From an uncultured Gammaproteobacteria bacterium (GTDB lineage: Bacteria; Patescibacteriota; Microgenomatia; Levybacterales; UBA12049): DNA of 64,000 nucleotides. The notes under the pieces were generated by a model, which saw nothing but the letters and a program-made list of their open reading frames with translations, had not been told where the DNA came from and ran no database searches. A program made the translations under genes and the position numbers. Where the stretch lies: contig CAZCCG010000003.1 of assembly GCA_964497535.1 (NCBI GenBank), forward strand, positions 133,499 to 197,498, written 5' to 3'. Below, in pieces: positions 19,433 through 34,506 of this stretch (positions within the stretch are counted from its first letter, which is position 1; every line of letters begins with the position of its first letter).

Positions 19433-19942
19433 ATGTGGATATTATTTGCTGCTTTAGGGCCATTGTTTTATAGTTTTACCAATATTATTGAGAAATTCCT
19501 GGTTGAAAAACGTATTAAAAATCTGTATACGATTGTTATTTTCAACAGTCTGTTCTTAGGTATCGTTGGTATACTGTTATGGATTTACCTGGGGTTTCCT
19601 GTCTTGCCTTTGAAAGAAACTATTTTTGCGCTTATTTCTGGATTCTTGTTGGCACTCTATATTCTTCCCTATTTGTATGTTCTGAATTTTGAAGAAGCTT
19701 CACGCGTTATTCCTCTCTATCAGTTTATTTCTGTATTCGTCTTATTGTTATCTTACTTCTTTTTGAATGAAGTATTGACTGCAAGACAACTATTGGCAGC
19801 TGTGCTTATTATTTGTGGTGGATTTCTTCTTTCACTTTTTATTCCTCACATTATAAAAGAAGATATTGCAAAATCTACGGTGGGAATTAAATTCATTTCT
19901 ATAACGATCATGTTTGTAGGATTGTATTTAATTAACACGTAG
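19433..19942 (+). CDS. EamA/DMT transporter, short (possible internal deletion)
   Basis: EEASRVIPLYQF...FFLNEVL EamA motif; only 169 aa. Confidence 0.7.
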   Translation: MWILFAALGPLFYSFTNIIEKFLVEKRIKNLYTIVIFNSLFLGIVGILLWIYLGFPVLPLKETIFALISGFLLALYILPYLYVLNFEEASRVIPLYQFISVFVLLLSYFFLNEVLTARQLLAAVLIICGGFLLSLFIPHIIKEDIAKSTVGIKFISITIMFVGLYLINT

Positions 19943-20773
19943 CTGTGCGGCTTTGACGAGGTTTTCCATGAGACATGCTACATTCATCGGTCCGACGCCG
20001 CCCAGCACCGGTGTATAAAAACTTGCGATAGTTTCGATTTCAGTGACTATATAATCTCCTTTTAATTTGCCTTCATCATTTTTGTACATACCGACGCCAA
20101 CTAAAATTACTCCCTGTTTTAAATCTTGCGGCTGAACAATTCCCTCTTTGCCTACAGAGGGAATGATGATATCGGCTTTTTTGAGTACTGCTCCCCTATT
20201 CTCTGTTTTACTATCTATAACAATTGGTTTTACACCATTTTCTTGTAACAACTGAATCGTAGGGCCTCCTCCGGTATTACCTTTCCCAATAACAACAATG
20301 TTTTTAGATTTGAGCCAATCAATAAATGCCATTTTTGGGTTAATCTGGTTAAATATTTCCCCCAAAACATCAAGTACTGCCAATGCAAGTGGGACTTTAA
20401 ACTTCGTTTGAGGATGAAAGCCATCAATGTCTTTTTCCGGTGTTACTTCATACTCAACTTCACGTATATTAATGTGATTGGGTAATGGTTGCTGGACAAT
20501 AATTCCATGGACGAGCGGATCAAGATTTAGTTCGTCAACTTTGTTAATTAATTCTGTTTGTTCTATGTCAGGAGTAAATTGAATTAAAGTAAGCGTTGCG
20601 CCAATACGCTCGGCACCTTTTTGTTTTTGTTTTATAAATGCTACTGATGCAGGATCATCTCCGACTAATATAACTGTTACATTTGGGGTAATACCCTTTT
20701 TCTTCAGTTCGGAAACTTTTTGAGTGAGGCGGTCATAGATTTTTTCAGCAAGTTCTCTTCCGTCTATTTTCAT
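19928..20773 (-). CDS. folD: methylenetetrahydrofolate dehydrogenase/cyclohydrolase
   Basis: [35 protein letters not shown]. Confidence 0.92.
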   Translation of the reverse strand: MKIDGRELAEKIYDRLTQKVSELKKKGITPNVTVILVGDDPASVAFIKQKQKGAERIGATLTLIQFTPDIEQTELINKVDELNLDPLVHGIIVQQPLPNHINIREVEYEVTPEKDIDGFHPQTKFKVPLALAVLDVLGEIFNQINPKMAFIDWLKSKNIVVIGKGNTGGGPTIQLLQENGVKPIVIDSKTENRGAVLKKADIIIPSVGKEGIVQPQDLKQGVILVGVGMYKNDEGKLKGDYIVTEIETIASFYTPVLGGVGPMNVACLMENLVKAAQLRVN

Positions 20774-23349
20774 TTGGCAGAAACTGTTTCTTCAGATTCT
20801 ATAAAGGTTGCGGCGGATACTTTATCTGAAGTGTTTGAAAATCTCATAAGAATTACTCCCTGAGTATCTCGGGAAAGCTTCGGTACAGCAGAAAGTGCAA
20901 GCTTTACGATCAACCCTTTTTTGGAAGTCATGATAAATTCCGCCGTTCCATGAGGTATTACTTGTGCAAATACCACCTTACCAGTTTTCTCTGTGACATT
21001 TGCTACTTTTACTCCTTGTCCTCCTCTACTTTGGCCACGGAATTGGTCAACCGATGTCTTTTTCCCCAGACCGTTTTCCATAATTGCCAGAAGATCTGCT
21101 TTATCTTTTTTGTCGATGACATCCATTCCGATGACGACATCGTTGCCCACCAATTTAATACCCCGTACTCCTTGCGCACTTCTTCCAATTGGTCTGGTTG
21201 CACTTTCTGAGAATCTAATTGCTTTCCCGTCACGGCTGGTTAGGATAACATCATTGTCGCCACTGGTAAATTTACTCCATACGAGTTCATCACCAACATC
21301 AAGTTTGATTGCAACAATTCCACTGCGTCTGATATTTTCAAACTCAGTTATAGCAGTTTTTTTGACCGTTCCGTGCTTGGTTGTTAAGAAGATATACTTA
21401 TCCTTATTATTTTTATCTACATTTTTGCCTGTTTTATAGGTAATAAATGATTGAACCTTTTCTCCTGAGTCAACATTGATTAAGTTGACTACTGCGCTGC
21501 CTTTGCTGGTTCGTTGAGATTCTGCAATTTCGTAGGCTTTAAGTTGATATGTTTTTCCCTTATTCGTAAAGAATAAGATATTGTCATGGGTTGAAGCATA
21601 GCGAATACTCATGATGCCATCTTCATCTTTGGTTGTCATTCCCTTAATACCCTTCCCTCCTCGATGTTGAGTTTTGAAGCTTAAGACACTTTGTCTTTTG
21701 ATATATCCGGTATTGGTGAGCGTAATAACTGTGGGTTCGTTGGGAATAAGATCTTCTTCTGAGAATTCTCCAACTTTGCTTTTAAAGACTCTGGTTCTTC
21801 GTGGATCAGCATATTTGTCTTTCAAAGCTACGAGTTCATCGTTAACAACAGTCAATATTTTTTTTGGATGTGAGAGCAATTCTTCCAAAGCTGCAATTGT
21901 TTGTGCAACTGCTTTATACTCATCCTCTATTTTTTGTCGCTCCAGTGCCGCCAGACGTCGCAATTGCATATCCAGAATTGCTGTTGCCTGAATTTCTGAA
22001 AGTTTAAACTTCGCAATCAAATTTTGTTTGGCTTCATCTTGGTCTTTTGAATCACGGATGGTTTTGATAACGGCATCAATATTGTCAACTGCAATCTTGA
22101 GTCCTTCCAAAATGTGGAGTCTTGCTTTTGCCTGTTTAAGTTCAAATTCGGAGCGTCGGGTTACCATCAGATAACGGTGTCTGAGGTATTCTTCCAGAAT
22201 TTCTTTCAAGTTTAACGTTTGCGGAGTACCATTTACCAATGCGACGACGTTTGCCGGAAATGATGTCTGAAGACTGGTGTGTTTGAATAAATTATTCAAT
22301 ATTTTTTTCGGTACTGCATCCCGTTTGAGTTCTACAACCACTCGAATTCCATGGCGGTCTGATTCGTCCCGAAGGTCTGTAATGCCTTCTATCTTTTTCT
22401 CTTTTGCCAGGTCGGCAATTCGCGCAACCAAAAGTGCTTTGTTTACCTGGTATGGAAGCTCTGTAATAATAATGGCTGATTTCCCATTACCGATTTCTTC
22501 AATTTCTGCTTTTCCGCGGATAATAATCTTTCCTCGGCCGGTGTTATATACGTTTTTGATCTCAGAAATATCATAAATTGCTCCGGCTGTTGGGAAATCC
22601 GGGCCTTTTATGTATTCCAATAAATCATCAACAGTTGTATCGGTTGATAAATGTACTGTTCCCGTGTCTTTTAGAGCGACTACTGGTTCTGCACCGACAA
22701 TGGCATCCTCTTCGGTTGCATTTTGAGTAACGACCTTTGGTTTGTCAAATTTTGCTTTCGAGATCATAAATATGATCGCATCGACAATTTCGCCTAAATT
22801 ATGCGGGGGAATTTTGGTGGCCATACCGACTGCAATACCTTCTGCGCCCATGAGTAACAAGTTAGGGAGTTTTGCCGGGAGAAATACCGGTTCTTTATGA
22901 CTATCATCATAGTTAGGGATAAAATCAACGGTTTCTTTATCCAGATCCTGGAGCATTTCTATGGTAATGGCGTGGAGTTTTGCTTCTGTATAACGGTCTG
23001 CTGCGGGTGGGTCTCCATCGATAGATCCAAAGTTTCCCTGGCCATGGATTAATGGATATCTCATTGAAAAATCCTGAGCAAGACGTACTAACGCATCATA
23101 AATAGGCATATTTCCATGAGGATGGTATTTTCCCATGGTTTCTCCAACAATACGTGCTGACTTTAAAAACTTAGAGGTAGGTCCCAGTCCCATCTCATGC
23201 ATGGCAAAAAGGATTCTGCGATGGACTGGTTTGAGTCCATCTCGAACGTCAGGAAGAGCACGGGATACAATAACAGACATGGCGTAATTGAGATACGCCT
23301 TTTTCATCTCGTGTGTAATTTCTGTTTTCTTTAACTTTCCAATATCCAT
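20770..23349 (-). CDS. gyrA: DNA gyrase subunit A
   Basis: [19 protein letters not shown] catalytic Tyr, GyrA-box QHRGGKG. Confidence 0.97.
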   Translation of the reverse strand: MDIGKLKKTEITHEMKKAYLNYAMSVIVSRALPDVRDGLKPVHRRILFAMHEMGLGPTSKFLKSARIVGETMGKYHPHGNMPIYDALVRLAQDFSMRYPLIHGQGNFGSIDGDPPAADRYTEAKLHAITIEMLQDLDKETVDFIPNYDDSHKEPVFLPAKLPNLLLMGAEGIAVGMATKIPPHNLGEIVDAIIFMISKAKFDKPKVVTQNATEEDAIVGAEPVVALKDTGTVHLSTDTTVDDLLEYIKGPDFPTAGAIYDISEIKNVYNTGRGKIIIRGKAEIEEIGNGKSAIIITELPYQVNKALLVARIADLAKEKKIEGITDLRDESDRHGIRVVVELKRDAVPKKILNNLFKHTSLQTSFPANVVALVNGTPQTLNLKEILEEYLRHRYLMVTRRSEFELKQAKARLHILEGLKIAVDNIDAVIKTIRDSKDQDEAKQNLIAKFKLSEIQATAILDMQLRRLAALERQKIEDEYKAVAQTIAALEELLSHPKKILTVVNDELVALKDKYADPRRTRVFKSKVGEFSEEDLIPNEPTVITLTNTGYIKRQSVLSFKTQHRGGKGIKGMTTKDEDGIMSIRYASTHDNILFFTNKGKTYQLKAYEIAESQRTSKGSAVVNLINVDSGEKVQSFITYKTGKNVDKNNKDKYIFLTTKHGTVKKTAITEFENIRRSGIVAIKLDVGDELVWSKFTSGDNDVILTSRDGKAIRFSESATRPIGRSAQGVRGIKLVGNDVVIGMDVIDKKDKADLLAIMENGLGKKTSVDQFRGQSRGGQGVKVANVTEKTGKVVFAQVIPHGTAEFIMTSKKGLIVKLALSAVPKLSRDTQGVILMRFSNTSDKVSAATFIESEETVSAK

Positions 23350-23430
23350 AACTTTTCAAGTAATACTACCAATATTACAAATAAACCAATACTACCAATC
23401 ACGAAAGCTTCGAGCAATTTGTTTTTTGGA

Positions 23431-23964
23431 TTATTTGTTTATTGGATTATTCTGAATGGCTGTGGCAATAGCCTTCAGGGCTTCAACTTTCCCTTTCCAA
23501 TCCTTAATCTTCACCCATTTATTTGGTTCAAGGGTTTTATAGTTCTCAAAGAAATGTTTTAATTTATTCTTGATCGCTTCTGGTACATCGGTAATATCAC
23601 TATATACGCCGAACAATGGATCAACTTTTTTTGTTGGAACTGCCAAAACTTTGGTATCAATCCCCTCTTCATCTTCCATTTCAAGCATGCCGATAACAAC
23701 ACTTGGGATAACAGCCCCTGGTACAACGGGATGTTCACTGAGCACTAAAACATCTAATGGATCACCATCGTCGGCTAATGTATTTGGAACAGAACCATAG
23801 TTAAACGGATAGCTCATCGCGGTATACAAGAATCTATCTACCATTATAGCTCCTGATTCCATGTCAATTTCGTATTTGATACTTGAATCCTTTGGAATCT
23901 CAACGAGAACATTTATTTCGCCTTGCATTGGATTCTTTCCTGTTTTAATTTTTTTTATATCCAT
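23431..23964 (-). CDS. ppa: inorganic pyrophosphatase (family I)
   Basis: YPFNYG, DGDPLDVLV, HFFENYK; GAGGGGGTGA SD upstream. Confidence 0.96.
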   Translation of the reverse strand: MDIKKIKTGKNPMQGEINVLVEIPKDSSIKYEIDMESGAIMVDRFLYTAMSYPFNYGSVPNTLADDGDPLDVLVLSEHPVVPGAVIPSVVIGMLEMEDEEGIDTKVLAVPTKKVDPLFGVYSDITDVPEAIKNKLKHFFENYKTLEPNKWVKIKDWKGKVEALKAIATAIQNNPINK

Positions 23965-23986
23965 ATGGTAAATTCACCCCCTCGAT

Positions 23987-24067
23987 TTAGAATAATGAAT
24001 CATGAAGTATGAATTATGGTGACTAAAAATATATTCCTTTATTCATAACTCATAACTCTTAATTCTA

Positions 24068-24068
<1 letters not shown>
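23987..24068. repeat. empty heptamer-armed cassette (twin of 14134-14556)
   Basis: Arms end in tatgaattatgg and start with cctttattcataactcat, identical to the junctions of the filled cassette; only a 16-nt core. Confidence 0.65.
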
Positions 24069-26101
<2,033 letters not shown>

Positions 26102-26133
26102 TTATAACTGCTTCTGTGGTACAATCAAAACTT

Positions 26134-27405
26134 ATGTTACATCCCAAACCAGATCGATTTATCGCTTTACAGTCCCGGGATTTCCGGTTTTATCTGTCTG
26201 CTCAGGTAATTTCGGTTATTGGCAGCCAGATGCAAGTTGCTGCCATTGCCTGGCATATTTATATATTGAATCGTTTTATGCCTGATGTGTCTTTTTTGGG
26301 AATTACTTTTATTGCTGCAGCTTTTTCCTTAGGACTGGTTGGGCTTTTTAATTTTGTTCCGATTGTTGCTTTTTCACTGATTGGTGGTTCGGCAGCAGAT
26401 GTCTATGACAGAAAGAAAATTCTCATTATTACCCAAAGTATTCTTGCTCTGCTTGCCTGTATTATGGGAGTTTTGACATTTACCAAAGGAATTAGTACTC
26501 CATGGATTTACCTTCTTACATTTCTTTCCGCGTTGACTCAAGTATTTGATATTCCTTCCCGTCAGGCATTGTTGCCTCATCTTGTTACCCGAGAACAGTT
26601 ACCGAATGCAATAAGTCTTAACTCTACCGCACGACAGGTAGCAACTATTGTCGGCCCGGCTCTTTGCGGATTTGTTATAGCGGCAAACGTAGGGTTTGCC
26701 TATTTTATAAATTCGGTATCATTTTTATTTGTAATCGCGGCGATTTATTTGATCCATGCATCGGGCAAACCAAAAAGGGCAGAGGTGGAAATGGGTCTGA
26801 AAGCGATGATAGAAGGACTGGTTTTTGTAAAAAGGGAAACAATTATCTGGTCTACAATGATGCTTGATTTCATCAGTACTTTCTTTGGTTCTGCAACACT
26901 TCTTATGCCGCTTTTTGCCAATGAAGTACTTCATGTAGGTCCGCAAATGCTCGGGTTTTTATATGCGGCGCCGGGAATTGGTTCTCTCTTGGCAGGAATA
27001 TATATGTCAACTCGAACAACCATCATCCATCAAGGAAAATTACTATTGATTTCTGTTGCATTTTATGGTGCCGCAACAATTCTTTTTGGAATCTCCCAAA
27101 TCTATAGTCTTTCTATAATTACTTTGATGATGGTAGGAGCCGGCGACACTATTTCGGCAATTTTACGAAATACTATCCGTCAGTTGGCAACTCCTGATTA
27201 TCTGCGCGGGAGAATGACAGCAGTGAATATGATCTTCTTTATGGGTGGTCCGCAGTTGGGTGAATTTGAAGGTGGAGTGTTGGCTGCTGCAGTAGGAGGA
27301 CCTCTATCAGTAGTAATTGGAGGGACAGGAACAGTATTGGCTGTTGGAATTATGTATTACGCAATCCCTGCCATTCGTAAATTTACCGTGCAGTCTGCAA
27401 AGTAA
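26134..27405 (+). CDS. MFS transporter (EntS/MFS_3-like)
   Basis: GSAADVYDRKK, about 12 TM, TPDYLRGR; start at ATG 26134 avoids overlap with gyrB. Confidence 0.88.
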   Translation: MLHPKPDRFIALQSRDFRFYLSAQVISVIGSQMQVAAIAWHIYILNRFMPDVSFLGITFIAAAFSLGLVGLFNFVPIVAFSLIGGSAADVYDRKKILIITQSILALLACIMGVLTFTKGISTPWIYLLTFLSALTQVFDIPSRQALLPHLVTREQLPNAISLNSTARQVATIVGPALCGFVIAANVGFAYFINSVSFLFVIAAIYLIHASGKPKRAEVEMGLKAMIEGLVFVKRETIIWSTMMLDFISTFFGSATLLMPLFANEVLHVGPQMLGFLYAAPGIGSLLAGIYMSTRTTIIHQGKLLLISVAFYGAATILFGISQIYSLSIITLMMVGAGDTISAILRNTIRQLATPDYLRGRMTAVNMIFFMGGPQLGEFEGGVLAAAVGGPLSVVIGGTGTVLAVGIMYYAIPAIRKFTVQSAK

Positions 27406-27651
27406 CTATTAAAATTGAAATTTGTGGAGTGCAAGAATTGATAAAAATTCAATTATCATCGTTATTCCGATTGCTAATAGTCCAGTTATGGGCCTTTGAA
27501 TAATTGAAATAAAATTATTTAAGTTCATGATAATAATATAAACGGCAGGGATTAAAAAACTATAAGACGAGCGTAAGAATTTTGCAAGAAGAGCTATACG
27601 TGAAGGACAGGAGTATCTATTTTAAACTTTTCGTTTTACTTTTTACGCTTT

Positions 27652-28929
<1,278 letters not shown>

Positions 28930-29044
28930 TCAGTATAGTATCAAGTTTTTCAAAAATTGCCAAGAGGTAGTTTAAATAAACGAATAATCCAATCAACCAA
29001 GCAACAAATTATAATTGTTTTAGAGTTCTAGTTTATTGTTGGAA

Positions 29045-29989
29045 TTATTCTAGGAACAGTTGGTCCCCAAAGTTTTTTTGGTACCTTTTTTTAATCGTTT
29101 CAAGAAGGGGGTGGTGATTCTGAGTGCCATATTTTTCTATAGCGAACGATGAAAGGGTTGCGCCGAGTTGACCACATGTTTTTAGAGAAAGTTTATTGAG
29201 ATATCCTGCAGCAAAACCGGCAATATACGCATCCCCTGCTCCGGTTGGGTCAACAACCGTTTCAGGTTGAGCGATACCGGTTGTAATACGTTCGTCTCGT
29301 GTTTGTATCAGTGAACCGTGTGCCCCCAGCGTGGTTACCAGTATTTGTACATGAGCTAACAGATCTGTTGGTTTCCAGCCTGTTTTTTTCTCAACCAAAG
29401 ACATTTCGTAGTCGTTGGCAATAAAAATATGCGCATTTTTAATGATTTCCTTGAGTTTGGCATCTTCGATTGTTGTTAGCTGTTGCCCGGGAGAAAATAT
29501 ATACGGGATATGTCGGATATGTGCTTGCTGAGCAAAATTATACATAGCTTGCGGGAGTGTAGCACCGATGATTACGAGGCTAATATCCTCGGATGGTAAA
29601 GTTAATTGTAAATCTTTTTGTAAAGCCCCGGGGTAAAACCCGGATATTTGACAGTTGTTTTGATCAGTCATCATAAAGGCATGAGCACTGAATTCATCCG
29701 GTACTTGATAAATCAAAGAAGTATCGACTCCGTTTTTTTGTAAATAGTCTTGATAGGGTGAAAAGTCTTTTTGTCCGGCTGATGCCAATATCGATGATGA
29801 ATGTTTGAGAAGCGCCAAATTATATGCAATATTTACCGCTACACCTCCATAATTTTTATTGAGTGTTTGAAGAAGAAACGATACAGAAAGCGTTTTTATT
29901 TTATCCGGCACGATATGATTTTCATAACTGTCCGGGAAATCCATAATATAATCAAACGCTAATGAGCCAGTGACAATAATTCTTTTCAT
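29045..29989 (-). CDS. PfkB-family kinase (adenosine/nucleoside kinase-like)
   Basis: TGSLAFDYIM N-terminus typical of bacterial adenosine kinase-like PfkB; DPTGAGDAY. Confidence 0.85.
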   Translation of the reverse strand: MKRIIVTGSLAFDYIMDFPDSYENHIVPDKIKTLSVSFLLQTLNKNYGGVAVNIAYNLALLKHSSSILASAGQKDFSPYQDYLQKNGVDTSLIYQVPDEFSAHAFMMTDQNNCQISGFYPGALQKDLQLTLPSEDISLVIIGATLPQAMYNFAQQAHIRHIPYIFSPGQQLTTIEDAKLKEIIKNAHIFIANDYEMSLVEKKTGWKPTDLLAHVQILVTTLGAHGSLIQTRDERITTGIAQPETVVDPTGAGDAYIAGFAAGYLNKLSLKTCGQLGATLSSFAIEKYGTQNHHPLLETIKKRYQKNFGDQLFLE

Positions 29990-30002
29990 GATTTATTTGC
30001 AA

Positions 30003-30059
30003 TATAGCGTATAGGTAATAGCTAATAGGGTATAGTTTCCCCATAAGCCATCTGTTATT
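30003..30059. repeat. heptamer array (tatagcg/aatagct type) with short inverted arm
   Basis: tatagcg tataggt aatagct aataggg tatagtt followed by ccataag ccatctg. Confidence 0.45.
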
Positions 30060-30064
30060 GTTTT

Positions 30065-30823
30065 TTAACGAATAAATGTTATTGTATTATTTTTTTCTCC
30101 CAAAAATCTATAGCCTTTTGTATGAAATCCCCGTAAGTCTTTCGGATCTTCAACGGTATTAATAATACAATATTCAATCATCATACCTCTGGCTTTTTTG
30201 GAGTAAATAGCAACATTTTCAATTTTATCTCCTCGTTTTTCCCCAAACTCAACCTTGATGACAGTACAAGGGAGCTTTGGTAAGTCGATAACAGATGAAT
30301 ATTCTTCTGACGCAAGATTTAAGAGATATCGGTGTTTTGCTTCTGTAATCTCTTGTATAAACTCCCTTGTTATTATGTACTTCCAGAAATCATAGAGATC
30401 CTTGGATTTTTGTACTTTTAGTTTTGTCTTCATTTCTAGTCGATAGGCTTGAATCAGATCAAATGGTCTAACAGTGCCATAAAATCCGGACATAATACGA
30501 AGTGATTTTTGGGCATAGTTTAGTTGCTGATGGGAGTATTTTTCCGGGTGCATTTCTTTATAAATATCTCCTTTATAGAAAAATAAGGCAGGACGAGCAT
30601 TCTGCTGCGTGTGCTTCTTATTCCACTGTCCAAAGCGCTTGTGATTCTCTTCTGCAATAGGCTGACTGACGTGCATGAGTTTTTGTAATTCTTTTATCGA
30701 GTATTGTTGTAGTGATTGGTTTATTTCTGCTGCCTGATTCAAAAACAGAGGAAGGGTTGGTTTTATCTGAGTAGTAGGTGAAGTAAAATCAAATGTTTTT
30801 GCCGGAGCGGTAATAATAAGCAC
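30065..30823 (-). CDS. yaaA: peroxide stress protein YaaA
   Basis: APAKT, YKGDIY, SGFYGTVRPFDLIQAYRLEM, NLASEEY, KKARG. Confidence 0.92.
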   Translation of the reverse strand: MLIITAPAKTFDFTSPTTQIKPTLPLFLNQAAEINQSLQQYSIKELQKLMHVSQPIAEENHKRFGQWNKKHTQQNARPALFFYKGDIYKEMHPEKYSHQQLNYAQKSLRIMSGFYGTVRPFDLIQAYRLEMKTKLKVQKSKDLYDFWKYIITREFIQEITEAKHRYLLNLASEEYSSVIDLPKLPCTVIKVEFGEKRGDKIENVAIYSKKARGMMIEYCIINTVEDPKDLRGFHTKGYRFLGEKNNTITFIR

Positions 30824-30831
30824 ATCTGTTG

Positions 30832-31533
30832 TTATACAACAGATAAAAAGAGATTTTCAAGTGTGAAACGTGGATTAGCATTTGTTGTCTTAAGAATTAT
30901 GTATGTTTTTTGGAACTGTTTTGCATACTTGCTGAATTGTCCAAGCGCGTCTTTATTATTGGTTTGTATCTTTTCAATTATTAATACTTGTATGAGTCGA
31001 AGAAGGTGCTCAAGAACTTCTGCAGCGCTTTCGTTTGTTTTTCCATACTGTTCTGCAAGTTTTAGTTTCTCCCCTATCTCACCCATCAGTAATGTATTTA
31101 ATAATTGACCATATTCTTGCATAGATTTTTCCGAATTTTTTTGTTGGTCATAACTATCAATAATAAAGCAGCGTGAAAGAATAGTTGGCAGTAACGCATT
31201 CTTATTTGAAGTAGCCAATACAATTATTGCATGTGGTGGGGGTTCTTCCAGGAGTTTCAAAAGTGCATTTTGTGCTTCAATAGTGAGAAGTTCACTTTGT
31301 TTTATTATGATTGCCTTTATTTTCCCGCTAACCGGTGATAAGAATGCGGACTTCTGAAGCGTTCGGATTGTTGCAATGCCGATAGATTTGAGTTTTTTTG
31401 TACTTTTAGTTGTTGTTTCCTCAGGCTCAATTACGGTAACATCAAATCTGCCCACGGCATATTCGGTAAGAAGGTTGGTTATTTTTTCTTCAGCTGATTT
31501 GAGATTGGTAGCAACAATAAGAAAACTTTTCAT
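30832..31533 (-). CDS. holB: DNA polymerase III delta-prime-like protein
   Basis: EAQNALLKLLEEPP, LLPTILSRC. Confidence 0.85.
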   Translation of the reverse strand: MKSFLIVATNLKSAEEKITNLLTEYAVGRFDVTVIEPEETTTKSTKKLKSIGIATIRTLQKSAFLSPVSGKIKAIIIKQSELLTIEAQNALLKLLEEPPPHAIIVLATSNKNALLPTILSRCFIIDSYDQQKNSEKSMQEYGQLLNTLLMGEIGEKLKLAEQYGKTNESAAEVLEHLLRLIQVLIIEKIQTNNKDALGQFSKYAKQFQKTYIILKTTNANPRFTLENLFLSVV

Positions 31534-31547
31534 AGTAAAATAACTGC

Positions 31548-31579
31548 TTCAGCTAAAGGCTGATCGGCCTCTGGCCGAA
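31548..31579. repeat. 32-bp imperfect palindrome beside a ctaac/gttag inverted array
   Basis: ttcagctaaaggctgatcggcctctggccgaa. Confidence 0.55.
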
Positions 31580-31679
31580 ACTCCTAACCTCTAACAGTTC
31601 TACAATTTGTGTAGAGTTATAAGTAGTTAGAAGTTGGTTCTGTTGACATTATAACCTACTCTCATCTATCATAAAACTA

Positions 31680-33416
31680 ATGCCTAATGATCTGCCAACA
31701 CCAACTCAGCCTTCTTCCACACAGACACTTGCCGATATCCTTATGGCACAGCATCTTTTGACGAATGAGCAGTACGATCAAATGCGAGCAAAAAGTGCCC
31801 AGGAAGGGAAAAAAATTGATCAAGTTTTGGAAGAATCCCACTTGGTATCAGAAGAGAAAATTACAGAGGCAAAAGCACAACTTTTGGGAATCCCCTATAT
31901 TTCACTTGAGACCACATCTTTTTCTCCCCAAGCATTGAGTTTTATTCCCCGTCCGGTGGCAGAACGATTTCTTTTGATCCCCTTTTTATATGACGAAAAG
32001 ACGAAATTTCTTTCGGTAGCTATGAGCAATCCCACCGATTTGGAAGCAACATCATTTGTTCGGCAAAAAACCGGTTTGTCGATCAAAACGTTTGCTGCCA
32101 ATCCCTCTGCGGTTAAAAAAGCAATTAGTGAGCAATATCGGCAGGAATTGGTTGGGGAAGTAGGGCAAGCGTTAAAAGAGACGGAAGAGCTGCATGGAAC
32201 CAAAACAATCAATAGCGAACAAATAGCGGAAATTATCAAAGAAGCACCAATTGCCAAGATTGTTTCAACGATCCTTGAGTATGCGGTAAATAGCCGTTCT
32301 TCCGATGTCCATATAGAACCGCAGGATGATCGTGTACGGGTTCGGTATAGAATCGACGGTATTTTATATGATCGTTTGAGTTTACCCAAAAGTGTGCAGG
32401 AAGCTGTTATTTCCCGGATAAAAATTCTGTCCGAGATGAAAATTGATGAACATCGTACGCCCCAGGATGGACGGTTTAATTTTAAGGTAGGAAATAGTGA
32501 AGTTGATCTTCGTATCTCAACTATCCCTACTGCAAGCGGAGAAAAAATCGTCATGAGGTTACTTCGAAAATCCGGTGGAATTCCTTCACTTGCAGATTTA
32601 GGACTGACAGGAACAGCATTGAAAAATTTGGAAACGAGTATCCTGCGTCCCCATGGAATCATTATTGTTTGCGGTCCTACGGGTTCTGGAAAAACCACGA
32701 CATTATATGCTGTGTTATCCAGACTCAATACAACCCGCGTAAATATTATGTCGCTTGAGGATCCGGTAGAGTACCAACTTCCCGGTGTAAACCAGGTACA
32801 AATTAATCCCGGCGTTGGACTTACGTTTGCCACTGGTCTTCGGGCTTTTCTACGACAAGATCCCAATATTATTTTAGTGGGAGAAATTCGTGATGAGGAG
32901 ACAACAGATTTAGCACTTCAGGCAGCTTTGACCGGCCATTTAGTGTTTTCAACCCTGCATACTTCAGACGCCGCCGGAGCGTTACCTCGTCTGATCGATT
33001 TGGGTGCCGAACCGTTTCTGCTTGCCTCTACTCTTACCTCGGTAATGGCGCAAAGAATAGTTCGTAAGATTTGCTCACATTGTAAACAGGATTATGTTCC
33101 TCCCTCTCAAATTATTGATGAAATAAAAAAACAGTTGGGTCCGTTATTTCCTCCAACTACTACCGAGATCAAATTATACAAAGGGAAGGGCTGTAGTGAA
33201 TGCGGAGATTCGGGATATCTTGGACGTGTAGGTATTTTTGAAGTAATGCCTATAACTGAAACGATTTCAAATTTAATGCTGCAGCATCCTGATAGTCAGT
33301 CAGTACAACACAAAGCTGTTGAAGAAGGGATGATTACTATGAAACAAGATGGATATCTGAAGGTCTTAAAAGGAGTAACTACTGTGGAAGAAGTACTTCG
33401 TGTAGCTCAAGAGTAA
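31680..33416 (+). CDS. pilB: type IV pilus assembly ATPase (PilB/GspE)
   Basis: SDVHIEP, GPTGSGKTTT, LRQDPNIILVGEIRD, CxxC zinc motifs. Confidence 0.95.
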   Translation: MPNDLPTPTQPSSTQTLADILMAQHLLTNEQYDQMRAKSAQEGKKIDQVLEESHLVSEEKITEAKAQLLGIPYISLETTSFSPQALSFIPRPVAERFLLIPFLYDEKTKFLSVAMSNPTDLEATSFVRQKTGLSIKTFAANPSAVKKAISEQYRQELVGEVGQALKETEELHGTKTINSEQIAEIIKEAPIAKIVSTILEYAVNSRSSDVHIEPQDDRVRVRYRIDGILYDRLSLPKSVQEAVISRIKILSEMKIDEHRTPQDGRFNFKVGNSEVDLRISTIPTASGEKIVMRLLRKSGGIPSLADLGLTGTALKNLETSILRPHGIIIVCGPTGSGKTTTLYAVLSRLNTTRVNIMSLEDPVEYQLPGVNQVQINPGVGLTFATGLRAFLRQDPNIILVGEIRDEETTDLALQAALTGHLVFSTLHTSDAAGALPRLIDLGAEPFLLASTLTSVMAQRIVRKICSHCKQDYVPPSQIIDEIKKQLGPLFPPTTTEIKLYKGKGCSECGDSGYLGRVGIFEVMPITETISNLMLQHPDSQSVQHKAVEEGMITMKQDGYLKVLKGVTTVEEVLRVAQE

Positions 33417-33420
33417 TACT

Positions 33421-34488
33421 ATGTCAATTCAGGAATTATTACAAATAACTATTACCAGTAAGGCATCTGATTTGCATCTCCTGCCGGCGATTCCTCCTGC
33501 GATTCGGGTAGACGGAGCGCTTCTGTATGTAACCAATTACAAACCACTTACTCCTGAAGAAATTGAGATGATGATATTTTCTATTTTAACTCCCGAACAA
33601 AAAGAATTATTGGTTACGAATAAAGAGCTGGATTTTTCAATTGGATTTGGAGGGGGTGCCTATGGAAATCTGGGTCGGTTTCGGGTAAATGCGTATTATC
33701 AACGGGGACAAATGGCCGGTGCCTTTCGATTTCTCCCTCCCAATATCCGGACGATAGAAAATTTGGGATTGCCAAAAATTTGTCATAGCTTTGCAGATTT
33801 AGAGCAAGGCCTTATATTAGTTACCGGTCCAACCGGACATGGAAAATCAACAACACTTGCTGCCATTATTAATGAAATCAATCTCAAGAGAGAAGCACAT
33901 ATTTTAACCATAGAAGATCCTATTGAGTACATGTATCCTACCGGAAAAAGTATTATTTCTCAGCGGGAAGTGGGATCTGATACACATTCGTGGCCTCTCG
34001 CGTTACGTTCATCCCTACGGGAAGATCCAGATGTTGTCCTCATAGGAGAAATGCGGGATCCAGAAACAATTGCTGCCGCAATTACTATTGCTGAGACAGG
34101 CCATTTGGTTTTTTCAACCTTACATACCAATTCTGCGGCTCAAAGTATTGACCGTATTATTGATTCATTTCCCGCTTTTCAGCAAAACCAAATTCGTGCT
34201 CAACTTGCATCAACGTTGAAGGCAATTCTATCTCAAAGGCTGTTACCTCTTATGAATGGAGGAAGGATACCTGCTGTTGAGATATTGCTTCAGACTACAG
34301 CCGTTGCAAGTAATATCCGCGATGGGAAGACTCATTTGATTGATAGTATTATCCAGACTTCCCAAGCAGAAGGAATGATTACTCTTGATGCTTCTTTGGC
34401 GAAATTGGTGAAAGAAGGAGAAATAACCCTCGAAACTGCGGAAGAATATGCTCTTCATAAAGATGAACTACTCAGGTTAGTAGGTTAG
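33421..34488 (+). CDS. pilT: type IV pilus retraction ATPase
   Basis: ASDLHL, GPTGHGKSTT, LREDPDV, SNIRDGK (AIRNLIRE-like). Confidence 0.95.
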   Translation: MSIQELLQITITSKASDLHLLPAIPPAIRVDGALLYVTNYKPLTPEEIEMMIFSILTPEQKELLVTNKELDFSIGFGGGAYGNLGRFRVNAYYQRGQMAGAFRFLPPNIRTIENLGLPKICHSFADLEQGLILVTGPTGHGKSTTLAAIINEINLKREAHILTIEDPIEYMYPTGKSIISQREVGSDTHSWPLALRSSLREDPDVVLIGEMRDPETIAAAITIAETGHLVFSTLHTNSAAQSIDRIIDSFPAFQQNQIRAQLASTLKAILSQRLLPLMNGGRIPAVEILLQTTAVASNIRDGKTHLIDSIIQTSQAEGMITLDASLAKLVKEGEITLETAEEYALHKDELLRLVG

Positions 34489-34506
34489 TTCGTCCACCAT
34501 TCTATT

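Noticed and set aside
27406-27620. Hydrophobic open frame on the minus strand after ahcY
   Set aside because: No suitable start for the long frame; at most a remnant or a 39-aa ORF
31895-32866. 323-aa antisense ORF
   Set aside because: Shadow of pilB with no protein-like motifs
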